64,000 bases of DNA from Octopus vulgaris (taxonomy: Eukaryota), in contig OX597815.1 of the NCBI GenBank assembly GCA_951406725.2, positions 102,052,001 to 102,116,000 of the forward strand, written 5' to 3'. This document shows, piece by piece, positions 13,616 to 27,799 of this stretch. The notes beneath the pieces are model-generated. The model was not told where the DNA came from. It saw only the letters and a list, made by a program, of their open reading frames with translations, and made no database searches. Positions within the stretch are counted from its first letter, which is position 1; each line of letters starts with the position of its first letter. The position numbers were made by a program, and so were the translations under genes.

Positions 13616-15052
13616 TAAGGTATGTAGAAAAATACAACATGGACAAGAACGTATAACTCTTAGAAGACGACACAATAAACACGGACAGGACATTCGAAAC
13701 CCTCAGTCTTCAGTCAAGAACCGGATCATCGTAGTAATTTCGGCTGATTAATCTTGAGATTACTAGATCACGGCCAGCCCTCCAAGAAAAACCAAGCAAC
13801 GAGCATTAGAAAAACTAAGCTGGAAGCGTAGATTTCCTGGAAGAAGGATCGAATGCATACGAACACCAGGACAGCAAAAGGGACAGATATAAAAAAACAA
13901 AAAACAATAATGGAATACAGAAACATGAAATACAGAAGCATTAACGGTGAAAACAACAGTGTCTTACGACTGATAACAAGCAAACAAATTTTTTCTCTGG
14001 CGCAATGGAAAAAGCCTTTATAGTGGCGGACGAAAACAGCGATGTTAACAGAACGAGGGTCAGAGGCTGAAAGGCAGATTTCGGCCAACAGTCACGTGAC
14101 AGAGAAGAGGGAAAAGAAAAGAAAGAGAAGCAAAGGAAGAGAGAGAGAGAGGAGGGACAAACGCAACAAAGAGAGAGAAGAGAGAGAAAGAAGGAATCAG
14201 AGAGGAGAAGGGATGGGTGTCGAAGAATGACCTGTGAGTGCAGAGCGAGACAAAGAAATAGGAGGGTAGTGGAAGACTAGACCAAAGAATCAGAGGAAAG
14301 AGAAGAGAAAAAGAGGATGAGTAGAGAGAAAAGAGAGAGAGGGGGACAGATCAAGTAAAAATGAGAGAGAGAGAGAGACAAACAGAGAGTCGTACCAATT
14401 ATTAAGAATATGTGCTCACATAAATGTTAAGGGGGGTACGGGGCGCCTGGAATATATGTTAAGGTATGTAGAAAAATACAACATGGACAAGAACGTATAA
14501 CTCTTAGAAGACGACACAATAAACACGGACAGGACATTCGAAACCCTCAGTCTTCAGTCAAGAACCGGATCATCGTAGTAATTTCGGCTGATTAATCTTG
14601 AGATTACTAGATCACGGCCAGCCCTCCAAGAAAAACCAAGCAACGAGCATTAGAAAAACTAAGCTGGAAGCGTAGATTTCCTGGAAGAAGGATCGAATGC
14701 ATACGAACACCAGGACAGCAAAAGGGACAGATATAAAAAAACAAAAAACAATAATGGAATACAGAAACATGAAATACAGAAGCATTAACGGTGAAAACAA
14801 CAGTGTCTTACGACTGATAACAAGCAAACAAATTTTTTCTCTGGCGCAATGGAAAAAGCCTTTATAGTGGCGGACGAAAACAGCGATGTTAACAGAACGA
14901 GGGTCAGAGGCTGAAAGGCAGATTTCGGCCAACAGTCACGTGACAGAGAAGAGGGAAAAGAAAAGAAAGAGAAGCAAAGGAAGAGAGAGAGAGAGGAGGG
15001 ACAAACGCAACAAAGAGAGAGAAGAGAGAGAAAGAAGGAATCAGAGAGGAGA
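13615..15052 (-). mobile_element. Non-coding element in partial tandem (844 bp period, ~594 bp duplicated), Penelope-like/retrozyme-like, inserted in (TA)n
   Basis: 13615-14208 is repeated essentially identically at 14459-15052 (identical ORF calls offset by 844). (TA)n lies on both flanks. Diverged relatives occur at ~33675-33960 and ~41030-41480. Confidence 0.7.
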
Positions 15053-15078
15053 TATATATATATATATATATAGGGAGG

Positions 15079-15180
<102 letters not shown>

Positions 15181-16574
15181 ATCACTAACCGACTTTTAAG
15201 CTGGAGGACTCGCTCCGGTTGACTTTAATGTCAGTTGATCCAAAGAAGGTAACCTGATGGGTGTGTACTTAAAACTAACTACTTCTATGCAGTGAAGTAT
15301 GTTTAATTGCCTGAGGATCGGAATTGAGAAACTCCGTGTAAATCCCGATGCTGGCTTAGATTTGAATAAATGTTATTCCATTCTACATAGCAGCATTACG
15401 TAAAAAATTTCACTTAATTAAAAGTATGTCTTCATAAACACTATGGCTTCCTGATTTTATCTCTCTTCTCGCTTTTAATGTCTCTCTTTCTCTCGCTCTC
15501 TCTCTCGCTCTCTCCACATACCCACATATATATGATCTATGTATATATATATCCATCTATCTATGCATACGCACAGACATACATTTACGCGTGTGCACGC
15601 GCACACAGACATATGAGGTGAAAGCTCGAAGCCTTTTCATTGATTTTTATCATTTGATAAAATGTCTACACAATATATATTTGTTGAAAATCTTTTTGCA
15701 TGTGTGTATATGTGTGTATACATTTTTTATATTTTTCCAGGCACATTTATACATGTATGTTGTACGTATCAGTGTATATTCAATATACGTAGTCTCGTGG
15801 ATTCTATATCACACAAATAAGCACTCATACACCCACAGAGTTATATATGGATTATGTTAAAATGCTACGTTTCTTTCAATGTGTCATACCGACATCGAGA
15901 GTAATTCGTCTTCATTTTTCTAGAAAGCAAATTCTCATCTCTTTCTTTCACGCTCGGTAACTTCTACCATCTTTACTAACAACATATTTACTGATTTTCT
16001 TTGGCTTCATCTGATTGAATTATTTTCCTTTTTTTACGGATTTGCTACCTATAGATTCGGATTTATAGAGATAACAAGAAATGGGAGCCTTAGGAAGAAA
16101 AAACAATAAAATGACATCAAAATAATACTAAAAGAACATATTCTCCTGGTGTGTAGGCTGATGATATAGCTCTACAGTTCTTACATTTTGATCTCAAGCA
16201 GACTTAAGTGCACTCAGTTTCGTGACTACATTAGAAATGAGTGAATCATGCTATTGAAATAATGGTTAGTAACCATTAGCTCAAGTTCACAGATTTTGGA
16301 TTAAGGTACAGTGGATTTAACCGACCTCAGGAACATGACTGAAACTTAGTTCCGGGCGGCAAATTCTCAGATTCATCGGGCAGAATGCTCCACAGTATTT
16401 CTGCTGACACTGTATGTTCAAATCTCGCTGCCGTCAAATTTGCCTTTCATATAAAAAAAAAACCACTAAGTGGATTAGAAAATGTGTAAGAACGCCGGAC
16501 CACATAGTATTTGTTCCGGCTCTTTGCGTTGTAAGTTCAGATCTTGCCATTGTCTTTTTGACTGGTAGACTTAC

Positions 16575-16747
16575 CCAGTTTAACACTTCTACCTGCCACC
16601 TTGCGTGGCTTTAGCGAAGTCTCTTCTGTTGCAAGCATTCAGGTCAGGCTTTCACTTTTCTGAAGCCTTTTATCCTCCCCTTGCCATCACTCTCGGTCTG
16701 TCCCCAAGGTCTCCGTCACGGATCGTGCATAATAACATTTTTCTTTC
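16575..16747 (-). other. Candidate spliced exon of an unidentified host transcript
   Basis: Acceptor ATTTTTCTTTTCGTATCTTTTAG| and donor CTGG|GTAAGT. An ATG at 16638 reads MLATEETSLKPRKVAGRSVKL open to the donor. No homology recognised. Confidence 0.3.
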
Positions 16748-16889
16748 CTAAAAGATACGAAAAGAAAAATCACGAAATCATGTTGGGATGAAAGGAAAGT
16801 CTTTCTGTGTTCAAACACCGTGGTAAAAATAGACGTAACCAAGCAATTCTCAAATAAATACAAGGTTATAGATTCGCCATGTTGATCCA

Positions 16890-17075
16890 CTGAACTCTAC
16901 ACGTTTTTTAATTTTTTTTTTCATTTTCTCTCTGTTTCTCTTATTCCTTTGAAGAACATAGGCTCGAAACGTAAAATACTTTTTTTTATTTTCCCCGAGC
17001 GTCAAACTAATACACTTACTTGTTATTCATACACCTGTCTTCATCTTTTGTTTTTCTATAAATTTCAATTATAGA
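16890..17075 (+). mobile_element. Penelope-like terminal fragment with degenerate hammerhead-like motif; homolog at 50783-50990 (minus)
   Basis: GAAGAACATAGGCTCGAAACGTAAAA here versus CTGTCGAAGAGCGTAGGCTCGAAATGTAAAA in the other copy; the flanks also align. Confidence 0.55.
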
Positions 17076-17569
17076 TGAGAAAAGTCGATTAAATATGTAT
17101 AGTATACTAATACTACTCTCTTGTTTTATGTAGTAATGTTGAAAGGTAATGTCAACCATGCACGACTTGAGCTCAGAATTTAAAAAAGACTTAACTATTT
17201 CTAATATGAGTAAAAGGCCTGAAATGGGTGGTAGGGTGAAGGCTAGTCGATTAACTCGGGTCTAATATTTGATTGAATTTGATTGAATTTTGATTGAATT
17301 TGAAAGAATGAGCGGCTAAGTTGACATCGGAGAGCTGAGGAGAGTAAGGAACAGTCCACATTATAAAATATTATTGGTATTCTCATGATCTAAATGAAAA
17401 GGCAAGCAGAATTTGAAAGCGAAACGTTAAAAGACCTGATTAAAAGAGAATATAATCTATCAGGTAATAGTGATTATAGACTTAGAAAGGATAAAACACA
17501 CAGTGGATCTGGGCTGGATTTGAACTCAGAATATTTTAAAAAAACCCAGAGGGGACGACCTTGACAGAT

Positions 17570-19090
17570 GGAGCGCACGATGCTAAGTAATTTCGTTAGA
17601 TGGTCGTTCACCCTAACTATTGAGCAGATGTCACTGAACATTGTGGGGATTCAACCACGGAAGACGGTCAGAAATCGGATGCCGTGAGAACAACTGCCAA
17701 GTATTAGTGGTTGACCCTTTTGAAGGTTTTCGAGTGACCTAAATTGATCAGGCCTCTACCTATGCCATACAACGTACCCAACCCTTTTGTGATGTACTGC
17801 GTGAGGTGATGTTTGTTGTGGATGGCTCATCAATCAGACCATCTATGACAAGTTCCATCTTCTTCGTTTACATCGCGGCCAAAATTTTAAAAATCTACGT
17901 TTAGTAGAGTTATTAGGCGAAAATTATCAATATGATCTCTCTTGACTGAGTCCTTTCTCAGTAGTCCTTTCCTCTTTCCAATTTATAAAACTGGAGTTTC
18001 GCCGATTCTGCAAACAATCCCAGTAACGGTCGGCTAAAACAAACCTTCAAACAAGTTTGGAATGTAAAAGTAACTGCGCAGAAAGTAGATCATCCAAACC
18101 TGGCGATTTTCCTGCTGTGCAGCCAACCATCGTTTCCCGTATTTCTGCAGCTGTTATTTGCTTTTCAGAACACTCCCTTTCTCTCGCCGAGAGTTGCGGT
18201 AAGCTGTCAATGTAGGTACTGAAATTCATTCTGTGATCCGGCTTGTCATTCATACCGAATTGCTGCTGAAAAGCAGCATATCTGTTTCCACATCTGCTGA
18301 GTTTCGAGTAACACGCTCAGCCAAAGATCTAATTGTGGTTTTGTTTACCACGTTGCGCCTCTTCCACTCGGGCCCATCGGACAGCTTTCGTCCCCTCGTG
18401 TCTTAGAACTCGCGCCTTAGATCTGACAACGTAACATCCATGCTCTGAGTAGGAGAACTGGTCAAGAACCAATCTCACCGCAAGCACGTTGGTTGCGATG
18501 CCTTTCTGAAGCGCTTCTTAGTCTCTAACCAGGTCTCTCTTTAATCGTATTGCTCATTTCGACGTGTATTCTTGTTTGTTGTTGATGATTGTCCTCGCCA
18601 AAGCCTGCTTAAATAATTTGCTAATATGGTCTCTGTGAGCTTGGCCCGCCGGAAGCGATGCCTTCAGCTTCCAGTAACCAGGTTTCTGCCTTGGGAATCC
18701 ATAGTACTGATCACAAATTTGCGGTCTTTCCAACCGATGATTTTGAATTTTGAACAATCTATGCTATTCCTACTTATCGGTCTACGGAATATTCTATCTA
18801 GGTACTATCCGTATAGCCTGATGTATTTTGTCCATGTCCACATTGGCATTTTCGGTCGGTAACTGTCAGACACTTAAAATGTCTGAACAGGTTTGTGAGG
18901 CTTCAGTACTTCCTCTTTTATAGGCTAGCCCTACACAGTACAAGTGCATCCAAGATACAGATTCTAATCTCTTACTAACATTAAAGAGCGAAATATACCA
19001 AAGAAACATTCTAAATCTATAAAAGTCTGGGAACCCGGCCACTGTTTGGCCAGAGATGTCTACAATTTTGAAAGCATTCCTTCGCAGCTG
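17570..19090 (-). mobile_element. Degenerate Tx1/L1-clade LINE ORF2 fragment (endonuclease end to RT start)
   Basis: Minus ORFs give KPGYWKLKASL (WKLN-SLL motif) and LPQLSARERECSEKQITAAEIRETM...GKSPGLDDL (KSPGxDG motif). Many stops and frameshifts. Confidence 0.8.
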
Positions 19091-19949
19091 GTCAAGTGCA
19101 GTACACCACCTTTGAGAACAACCGACACATATGGTTCTTTTTTTTTTTACTTACAGAAAAATCTGTATTTATACCACGAGGAATTATGGTGTTAAGTTCA
19201 AAATATATTGAATGTGCAGTAGACTTAAGTTTTTATAATGAAAAAATCTCACAGAAATTAGCTGATGCATTATAATCAGTTTTGCACATCATATAACTAT
19301 CTCACTTTCATTTCGCTTTCAAAGACATACACACAAAATGGCTCACACGACCTAGCTAGTTCTGCGTATCATGTGACTAATGTTTAAGCGCTCGGTAATC
19401 GACTTGTACTGCATTTTGTTTTTGATGCGGAATGCGGCTCGTGTTTGCAGCAGATCTGATGTTATATAAACAGACAATGTTATTTTATCACTGCAGGGAT
19501 TTTTCTCCCTTTCAGTCGACTCCGCCTCGGTCAATGCGACACTCTAACAATCTGACATTCTTACAAGCTGAGCGTGTCGAAACTTTTGAATATTTACTTA
19601 TCAAAAGACTTCTTTCTTGACCCTTTTCCCCCATATTTCATATAATATTTTCTTTCACATGTATTATTGTATGAAGTGAATTTTGTCATGTTTGGATACA
19701 AAAACCCCAAATTTACGAATATTTTGTTTATTGACTGTCTTGCTTAAATATTTTTCAGTATTTACACAACACCAAACTGAGTATAATTACCGGTCCGAGA
19801 TATTCTCTATCCATCGTCAGAAGACATTTCTTCTTTAAAATCAGCTACCATTACCCAAAGATGACAGGAACGCAAAACAGGAAATACGCATCTTCTAGTT
19901 AAACCAAGATTTTGAATTATTTCTTCTATTTTGAATTATTTCTTCAAAA

Positions 19950-20530
19950 CGTACCCGATGTTCAAAAGCTTCAAAGCTAGATAAAGTCACAAATATACAC
20001 TTAAAACATTTCAGGCTTGAAGAAAATGAATCAATGCTCAACATGTACAACTGTTTGTATAACCATGTCAAATTCCCAGAATTTGGAAACTGAGTAAAAT
20101 TATAACCATTTTAAAGCCCGAAAAGATCCCAAATGAAGTAACACTATACTGATTCACTACTCTTCTGTATACGCACCTATATAGCGTACAGGAACAGCAT
20201 TTCAACTTCTTGAAAAGCGTGTCACGAATATCCGCCTTCTTACCGCTCTTTTCAGCCTTGGCTTAGACGACCTACTCACATCTCCACAAAATATGCAGTC
20301 ATCTTTATACGCAGATGACCCCGCATACATCTACACGCCGTCTTCTAGACACTGCCGTACAACTACTTACATTACCAAGAATCTTAGTTCCACAACTCAG
20401 GTTCAAACGACATTTCCAACAGACTTAATGACTTCAACAGACTTACCAAATCCATTGCCTCCCTTCTTAACTATCATTCAAGAGAGCACCAAATACAACC
20501 AATCCTTAGTCTCAACGACATGAAAATATC
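19950..20530 (+). mobile_element. Degenerate Jockey/I-like LINE reverse transcriptase fragment
   Basis: Frames give KASKLDKVTNIHLKHF, WKLSKIITILKP-KDP and SSLYADD (catalytic YADD). The middle of the RT is deleted. Confidence 0.7.
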
Positions 20531-20880
20531 CAATAACGTCACTAAGGTTGGTGTCATTCCGTGCGGTTACTGATAGTGTCACCCATCCCGAAGGACCCCA
20601 CTCTTGTACCAGACTATATAGAATCTTAAGTAATGATTTTGATACAAATGTTACTTGTAAATTATAATTCTCAACTAGCAAAATTTAAAATTACAACTTT
20701 AACTTTCACGCATATGAATAACCAAAATTTAATTTTCATAGTTTTATGTGGATAAATAGAAAATTCAGCACAATAATAGTAAAATCGAAGTCAGCATACT
20801 CATCACGCACATAGATCTCTCTCTCTCTTTCTCTTTCTGTCTCCCACTCACACTCCTTCCTTATCTCTCTCACTCCTCCT

Positions 20881-20914
<34 letters not shown>

Positions 20915-21173
20915 ACACACACACGCGAGCGCAAATCACCAATTACATACGCATACACACACATCTAATTACACACTCATACTATAACGTGGAAAATGGT
21001 CTGGTTGTGGGGGTGGGGGTCACATTTTCATCTAGCCGAATATCTGTCTCATGGAACCGTTTAGTTACAGACAATCTGGAGCTACACAACAACAGCAACA
21101 AGTAAAACAACACACGTATATGTGTATGTATTCTGCATTAACAAAGACATTACACTTTAGACGTTTGGTACTA

Positions 21174-21299
<126 letters not shown>

Positions 21300-21314
21300 A
21301 CTCCCACTACTACA

Positions 21315-21361
21315 TGAACCCCTGAAGATTGCATAGTTTAATGCATGAAAGTACTAGTTCA
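21315..21361 (+). ncRNA. Minimal type I hammerhead ribozyme motif (GAAAGTACTA family)
   Basis: TGAAC-CC-CTGAAGA-T-TGCAT-AGTTTA-ATGCA-T-GAAAGTACTA-GTTCA: stem I TGAAC/GTTCA, stem II TGCAT/ATGCA, palindromic stem III AGTACT, CUA cleavage triplet. Confidence 0.65.
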
Positions 21362-21466
21362 ATCAGAATGGGCATTTAATATTCTATCCTTTCATTATAT
21401 TATCCTATATTATATTATTATAATGTTGTAAATAAAACGTGAAATCAAAGCTGGAATTTCTTTGAG

Positions 21467-21516
<50 letters not shown>

Positions 21517-22098
21517 TACTGGAAATAATAAACGGAACGAGTCGAATCGAACCCGACGAGGCTGTCAAAAATATAATAAATAAAATATATGCATACATAC
21601 AAACATATATGTACGTACACATCTACATGTATATATACACATTTTTACTTATACACACTTATACATGCATATGTGTGTGTGTGCATGTATCCACATGTAT
21701 ATGTATGTCTTTTATCTTTTATCTTTTACAGTCATCAGAATGCGGCCATGCTGGGGCACCGCCTTGAATTTTTAGCCAAATTAATCGAACCCAGCACTTG
21801 ATTTTTGTTGAGCCTGGTACTTTTTCTGTCGGTTCATCATGCTGGACCTCTAAGTTAAGGGAATGTATACACACCGGTTGATGCGCGGTGGTGGGAAGAC
21901 AAACACATACATAAAGACACACACACACACCGGTATTAGTGTGTTTACTGTAATACAACGGTTCGCCAAAAGAGGCTGATAGAATAAGTACCTGGTTTTA
22001 AAAAAGCAAGTACTGTGGTAGATTCATTCCACTAAAAATTCTCCGAGACGTTGCCCCAGCATGGCCGCAGTCTAACTGAAAGAAGTAATATATATATA

Positions 22099-22132
<34 letters not shown>

Positions 22133-22139
22133 TCCTTTT

Positions 22140-22546
22140 ATTCTTTTATTTTTTTACTTGTTTCAGTTGCTTGGCTGCGGCCATGCTTGAGCTCCACCTT
22201 GAAGGGTTTTTAGTCGAACAAATCAACACCAGGACGTATTTTTTTTAAGCTTTGTACTTATTCCATCGGTCTTTTTTGCTGAACCGCTTAGGTACTGGGA
22301 TGTAAACATACCAACATCGGTTGCTAAGCAGTGATCGCCGGAGGAGTGTAAACACAGACACAGACATAGACACGCACACATATATATACGACGGGATTCA
22401 TTCAGTTTCCGTCTGCAAAATCTGCTGAGTCGGATTTGGTCGGTACAAGACTATAGTTGAAGACACTCACCCAAGATGTCACGAGGTGGGACTGAACCCG
22501 GAACCATGTGGTGTGGAAGCAAGCTTTTTACAACACAGCCACGCCT
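22140..22546 (-). mobile_element. tRNA-derived SINE family B (full length, internal microsatellite)
   Basis: Reverse complement of the 38358-38768 element: GGCGTGGCTGTG head, GGTTCAGTCCC B-box, CAGCATGGCCGCAG tail. Confidence 0.8.
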
Positions 22547-22599
22547 GATATAAGTGTGTATGTGTATGCAGGTATCGATGTACGTACCCGCACATATAT

Positions 22600-22982
22600 A
22601 AGTATGTACGCAAGTATGTATGTATGCATGTATGTACGTACGTATGTATATATCTATGTATGTACGTACTATGTATGTCTGTAAGTATATATGTACGTTC
22701 TATGTATGTATGTATGCATGTATCTACGTATGTTTGTATGTATGTAAATACGTATGTTTGTATGTATGTATTTATGCATGTATGTTTGTATGTATGTATG
22801 TATGTACGTATTTACGTATCTTTGTATGTATGTATGTATGTATGTATGTATGTATGTACGTATGTATGTATGTACGTATGTTTGTATGTATGTATCTATG
22901 TATGTACGTATGTTTCTATGTATGTATGTATGTATGTATTTATGCATGTATGTTTGTATGCATGTACGTATGTACGTATCTT

Positions 22983-23014
<32 letters not shown>

Positions 23015-23115
23015 TGTATGTACGTATGTTTGTATGTATGTATGTATGTATGTATGTATGTATGTTTGTATGTATGTATGTATGTATGTATGTATGCATG
23101 CATGTATGTATGTAC
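22600..23115. repeat. Degenerate (TATG)n array with higher-order duplication
   Basis: Variant blocks such as TATTTATGCATGTATGTTTG and TACGTATCTTT recur about 160-170 bp apart. Confidence 0.85.
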
Positions 23116-24249
23116 ACATACAATAATATACCCAATGCAAAATAGGTGTGTTCGCTAAAATGAACATAATGACAGCTTCGGAATGTTTTTTATTACAGTT
23201 TGTTTTTCTATTATTGTTCTCATTGTCGTCTATATTCTTGTTCGTATTGTTGTTTTTTGAGTGTGTTATTTTTGTGGTTGGTGTTCTTCTTGTCGTTGTC
23301 AACGTCTTCGACGCCGTTGCTGTTGTCATTGGCGTTGTTGTTGTTGCTGTTTTTATGGATGTTACTGTAATTGTTGTTATTTAGTTCATCCCACCTTACT
23401 TATTCACAGCTGTTACATATATCTTTCACTTAGTGCCATCTGTCACAGCTGTTCTGGGGCGTCACTTCCACTAAGATACATGTATGTATGTATGTATGTA
23501 TGTATGTATATATGTATGTATGTGCGTATGTATGTATGTATGTTTTTGTGTATTTATGTATGTATATCCTTGTATATGTATGTTTGTTTGTATGTGTACA
23601 TCATTGGGTGCGTCTATATATGTATATATACATATAAATAAATAAATAAATATATATATATCTATATATTTATATATATTCACACACATACAAACATATA
23701 TATATATATATATATATATATTCATATTTATATATAAACATATATGTGCATCCATATATGCGTATGTATTTATTCATATATCTTTACATGCACACGCACA
23801 CACTGATACGTATACAATATATATTAGATAGATTGATAGATATATGCATATCTGATTCTGCATGAATTACTATGTGGAGTTTCTCGTTCCCGATCATCAG
23901 GCTACTGGCTATGAGGTACGCGTAGCGTGTCACTATTTCAAGTTAGCCGTCAACGAATAATATTCACTTTAGAATTATTGATTACATTCTTTTACTGAAT
24001 CGTATACATCATCGTGATACCCCCAGCAATATGTGTGTGCGCGCGCATGTGTGTATGTATATATGTGTTAAATGTTATTATTACTTTAAAGCACTTATAA
24101 GAATAACAACTTACCATTTACTTTTGGTGTGATATTATACTGAGTGTAAAGTCAAATTTATTGTCAAGTTCCCAGTTCATCGGGGAACAAAATTCTCTCT
24201 TTAAGCAAAAGGTGTGAACAACACCAAAGTCAGTTCATTGCACCTTATA

Positions 24250-24720
24250 TGAACAGGTAGAGTGTTTCCACATAAAAAAAGGTGTAGCTGATACTTACGA
24301 CTACACGACAAGGATCTAAAGATCATAGAAATAAGTATACGTGGTCTGAGGTCCAATGTAAGCAAATTTTCTCCATAACAAAGCCTTCTATAAAAGTTGC
24401 CGTGGAATCTTTTTAGATTCAACAATCCCGATGGAAACAAATTATTCTCCATATTGCTGAGGATATCGTGTTGAGACATCAAGTAGTACTTGATGCATAA
24501 TACCAAAGATCCCATCCTTTCCATCTACAGTAAGGACCCAGTACTGTAAAAGTTTAGGTTTCAAGGATCTACAACTTTTCAACACTGCCAAACAACTTTA
24601 AATATCTGTGAGAACATTTGGTCAAATTTTCATTTGAGCCACCAGGTGAGACCATATCGCAACAGGAATCACAAAGAAGAGCAGCTCTGTCCAACTCTCT
24701 ATTGCACCAGAATCATCACC
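24250..24720 (+). mobile_element. Degenerate CR1-like LINE 3' end
   Basis: Frame gives CIIPKIPSFPSTVRTQYCKSLGFKDLQLFN and later RAALSNSL, typical of CR1-group ORF2 tails. Confidence 0.55.
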
Positions 24721-25478
24721 AGAGAGAAAACTAGGAAATGAGTGCGAAGTTAAACCAATCCCAAGAAAAGTTGGTAGCCCAGCATGGCCGCACCCTCTGG
24801 TAGAAACCAATAGAAGTAAAAAAAAAATAGTGGCAATTCTATGTACAATCAAGAAAATATTGTTATTCAGCATAATCCTAGAAAATATACAAACAAAATC
24901 TGAAAGTTCTAAAGAAGGGATTTACAGATCTGTGACTGCACTGACACAAATCTACTGCACTTTCACAAAGTTGCATTTCGGGAACAATCGGTCATGCTTC
25001 AAGGAAAATTATGTATGTGTGTGTGCGTGCGTGTGTGAGTGTGCGTGCATGTCCTTGTGTATGTGTGTGTGTGTGTACACAGTGAGAGAGGGAGAGAGAG
25101 ACAGAGACAGATCAATAAGTGACTTTATTTTATTTTCAAGGAAAATTTAAGAGACTGACTTGGTAATTGAACAACAAAAATTTCTTGCCTTGTTCACAAA
25201 AGCTTGCTGACTGCTTTGGCTTACAACAGATACTAAATAAACTAACAGAATGTGACAACATTTTTCATGTTGTTCTAGTATATCTTATTGCTTATGCTAC
25301 AACTTTTGCACAACTGGACACGTCAAACTATAACCTGGTGCTAATAAAAGTAAATGTTCAGGGGAAACATAAACTGTAAAAAGTAAAATAATTTTATACT
25401 AATTTTATACAGTTTTGTTAAAAATAAATTAATGACGGGATAGAACTGTCATCATCGGTCTTAAACTTATTTTGGTCA

Positions 25479-25592
<114 letters not shown>

Positions 25593-25881
25593 AATTGTTT
25601 TTCGCTTAAATTTAAATTTAATTGTAATTCGAATTTAAATTATAGCCATGAAACGTACGTAGTCTTTTTACTTATTATATATTGTTTAGTCATTTTGTAC
25701 TTTATGTGATCTAGTTATAAGTTTTTAAATATATTTTATTTTATATTTATGATTTGGTTTATGTCTATCATTGTTTCAATTACATAATAGTAGTTTTTTC
25801 TCTAATTTATATATATATATATACATACCCAAACATACATACATACATACATACATACATACATACACACATACATACATC

Positions 25882-25935
<54 letters not shown>

Positions 25936-26235
25936 ATATATGTATGTATGTATGTATGTATATATAAAGAAAAAGTTATGGAGAAAGTGAACACAGACAT
26001 GATGGCGGTTATATGTAAAACGCTGGCCATTTTCGTCCCAAGCAAAATAATCAGTAAAAGTCTTGGTACGAATCCTGAAAGACGCCCTGAAGGAAGCGTT
26101 GCCTTTCAAACAATCGAAATAAAGTAAAACTCAGAGACCAAACGAAAGTTTCTGAAAAAACGACATAGCCAGGATCTGGTAGTAAGTCGGGGAAAAAGAA
26201 ATTACAATGTCAGCAGCAAATGTTGTAGAGCATCG

Positions 26236-26307
<72 letters not shown>

Positions 26308-26759
26308 CGATTCGACAAAAAGAAATCGTGTATGGAATGCTGATGGCAAACGACCATTGATAAATCAATCTTTAGCTATAACATTGAAAAAGAAGTAAAA
26401 ATAACACGGAAAATTAACGTGTTTCTATCAGATTTTACCCAGAAAGTTGTATGAAACTAGCTAAACTTCCTCCCGCTACTTTGTATATCATATTCCAAAT
26501 TTTATTTACTGTGGTCTATGTTTAAATCAGTGAAATTTGATCTTTGTGATTTCATCAAAATACCCCCTTATCTCATTATTTATCAACATTAGTAAAATTA
26601 AGAAATCAGCGGTCCATATAGCGCAAAGATATTTGCTATAAAATCACATTATCTCAAAAAGGAGATTTTGACATCCGTCATGGTCCTAAACATCATGGTC
26701 CTAAACATCAAAAAATTTATGATAGCGTTTCTTATAGATTTGTATAACTAACTACTTTA

Positions 26760-27080
26760 TGTCAAGCATGAGACAAGGGAATATATGGGAAACTGTTAAG
26801 GTAAGTTTAAACCTACCTTGATGTCATCCTCTCAACATCTATTAATGCGCTGGTCCCACATGGTTCAATACTTGGCCCACTTCTGTTCTCAGTTTCTAAA
26901 CGTGATCCAGAGAGGGCTAATAAAAAAAAGAGCTTCACCACTACTCTGACTTTTCCGCACTGTTTGCAGGAGAAAGCAGGGCAGCAGAAGCTTGCTTAAA
27001 TAGACACCTTTTCCGATAAATCAGTGGACAGAACGGGAAAATGTTGAAGCCATGAGAGTGGAAAACAAGCCTATTATACC
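26760..27080 (+). mobile_element. LINE RT remnant
   Basis: LVPHGSILGPLLF corresponds to the GVPQGSxLGPLLF RT motif. Confidence 0.55.
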
Positions 27081-27635
27081 TTGCATAGCACTTTACAAAT
27101 TGCAGGCAGCCTATTAAAAGCAACGGCGAGAGAGAGAGGGGGAGGGGGAGAGAGAGAGATGTGACTTTATTTTATTTTCTAGTGTGTCCTCATATTAGCT
27201 TTTCATTTTAAGTTAATACATAGAAATTTACTACTTATCAATTTTAGAAAGGCTTCCAGAATTATTCCACACAAAACTGTAAGGTAAGCATAACTTGGAA
27301 GATGTTATCCAAATAATTAATATAACAAGTCATTCCTGTAAGTTGAAATTAAATGTTATTTTTAAATGCGATTTGGGGAAATCGGACATTCTTGCAAAAT
27401 TATTTGGATAGTGAATGAAAGTATTTCTGATCTCGGTATATCGATTGCTTCAGCACATCACCGGCATCTGTGTTATAGAATATATAAATAACAACCACAC
27501 ATTTATGATTCTTTTGACGAATCCTTTGTTTAATTTATCGAATCATTTGTTCTTAGATTTCAATGTACAACTGATAACCAGAAGCAGAATATTTCAAACA
27601 ATAGAATGCATACATGTACACACACATAGCGCGCG

Positions 27636-27677
<42 letters not shown>

Positions 27678-27799
27678 CTGATCTAAGCTGTGTTGTGTAT
27701 AATATAGTTATTATGTAATTAACGAACAGCCATCAAAAGGACAAACACACAAATTGGCTTTCTGGTAAAATTATGGAACAGATGCCACGCATCAGGCGA

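Noticed and set aside
13768-14932. Two identical 106 aa hydrophobic ORFs suggesting a duplicated membrane protein
   Set aside because: They are a by-product of the 844 bp tandem and T-rich composition; the frame is not evident in diverged relatives at 33.7 and 41.0 kb.
15308-15342. CTGAGGA...GAAAC hammerhead-like string
   Set aside because: GUG at the cleavage position, no stem I and no palindromic stem III.
25640-25670. GAAACGTACGTAGTC half-hammerhead
   Set aside because: The upstream CUGAnGA core is absent.
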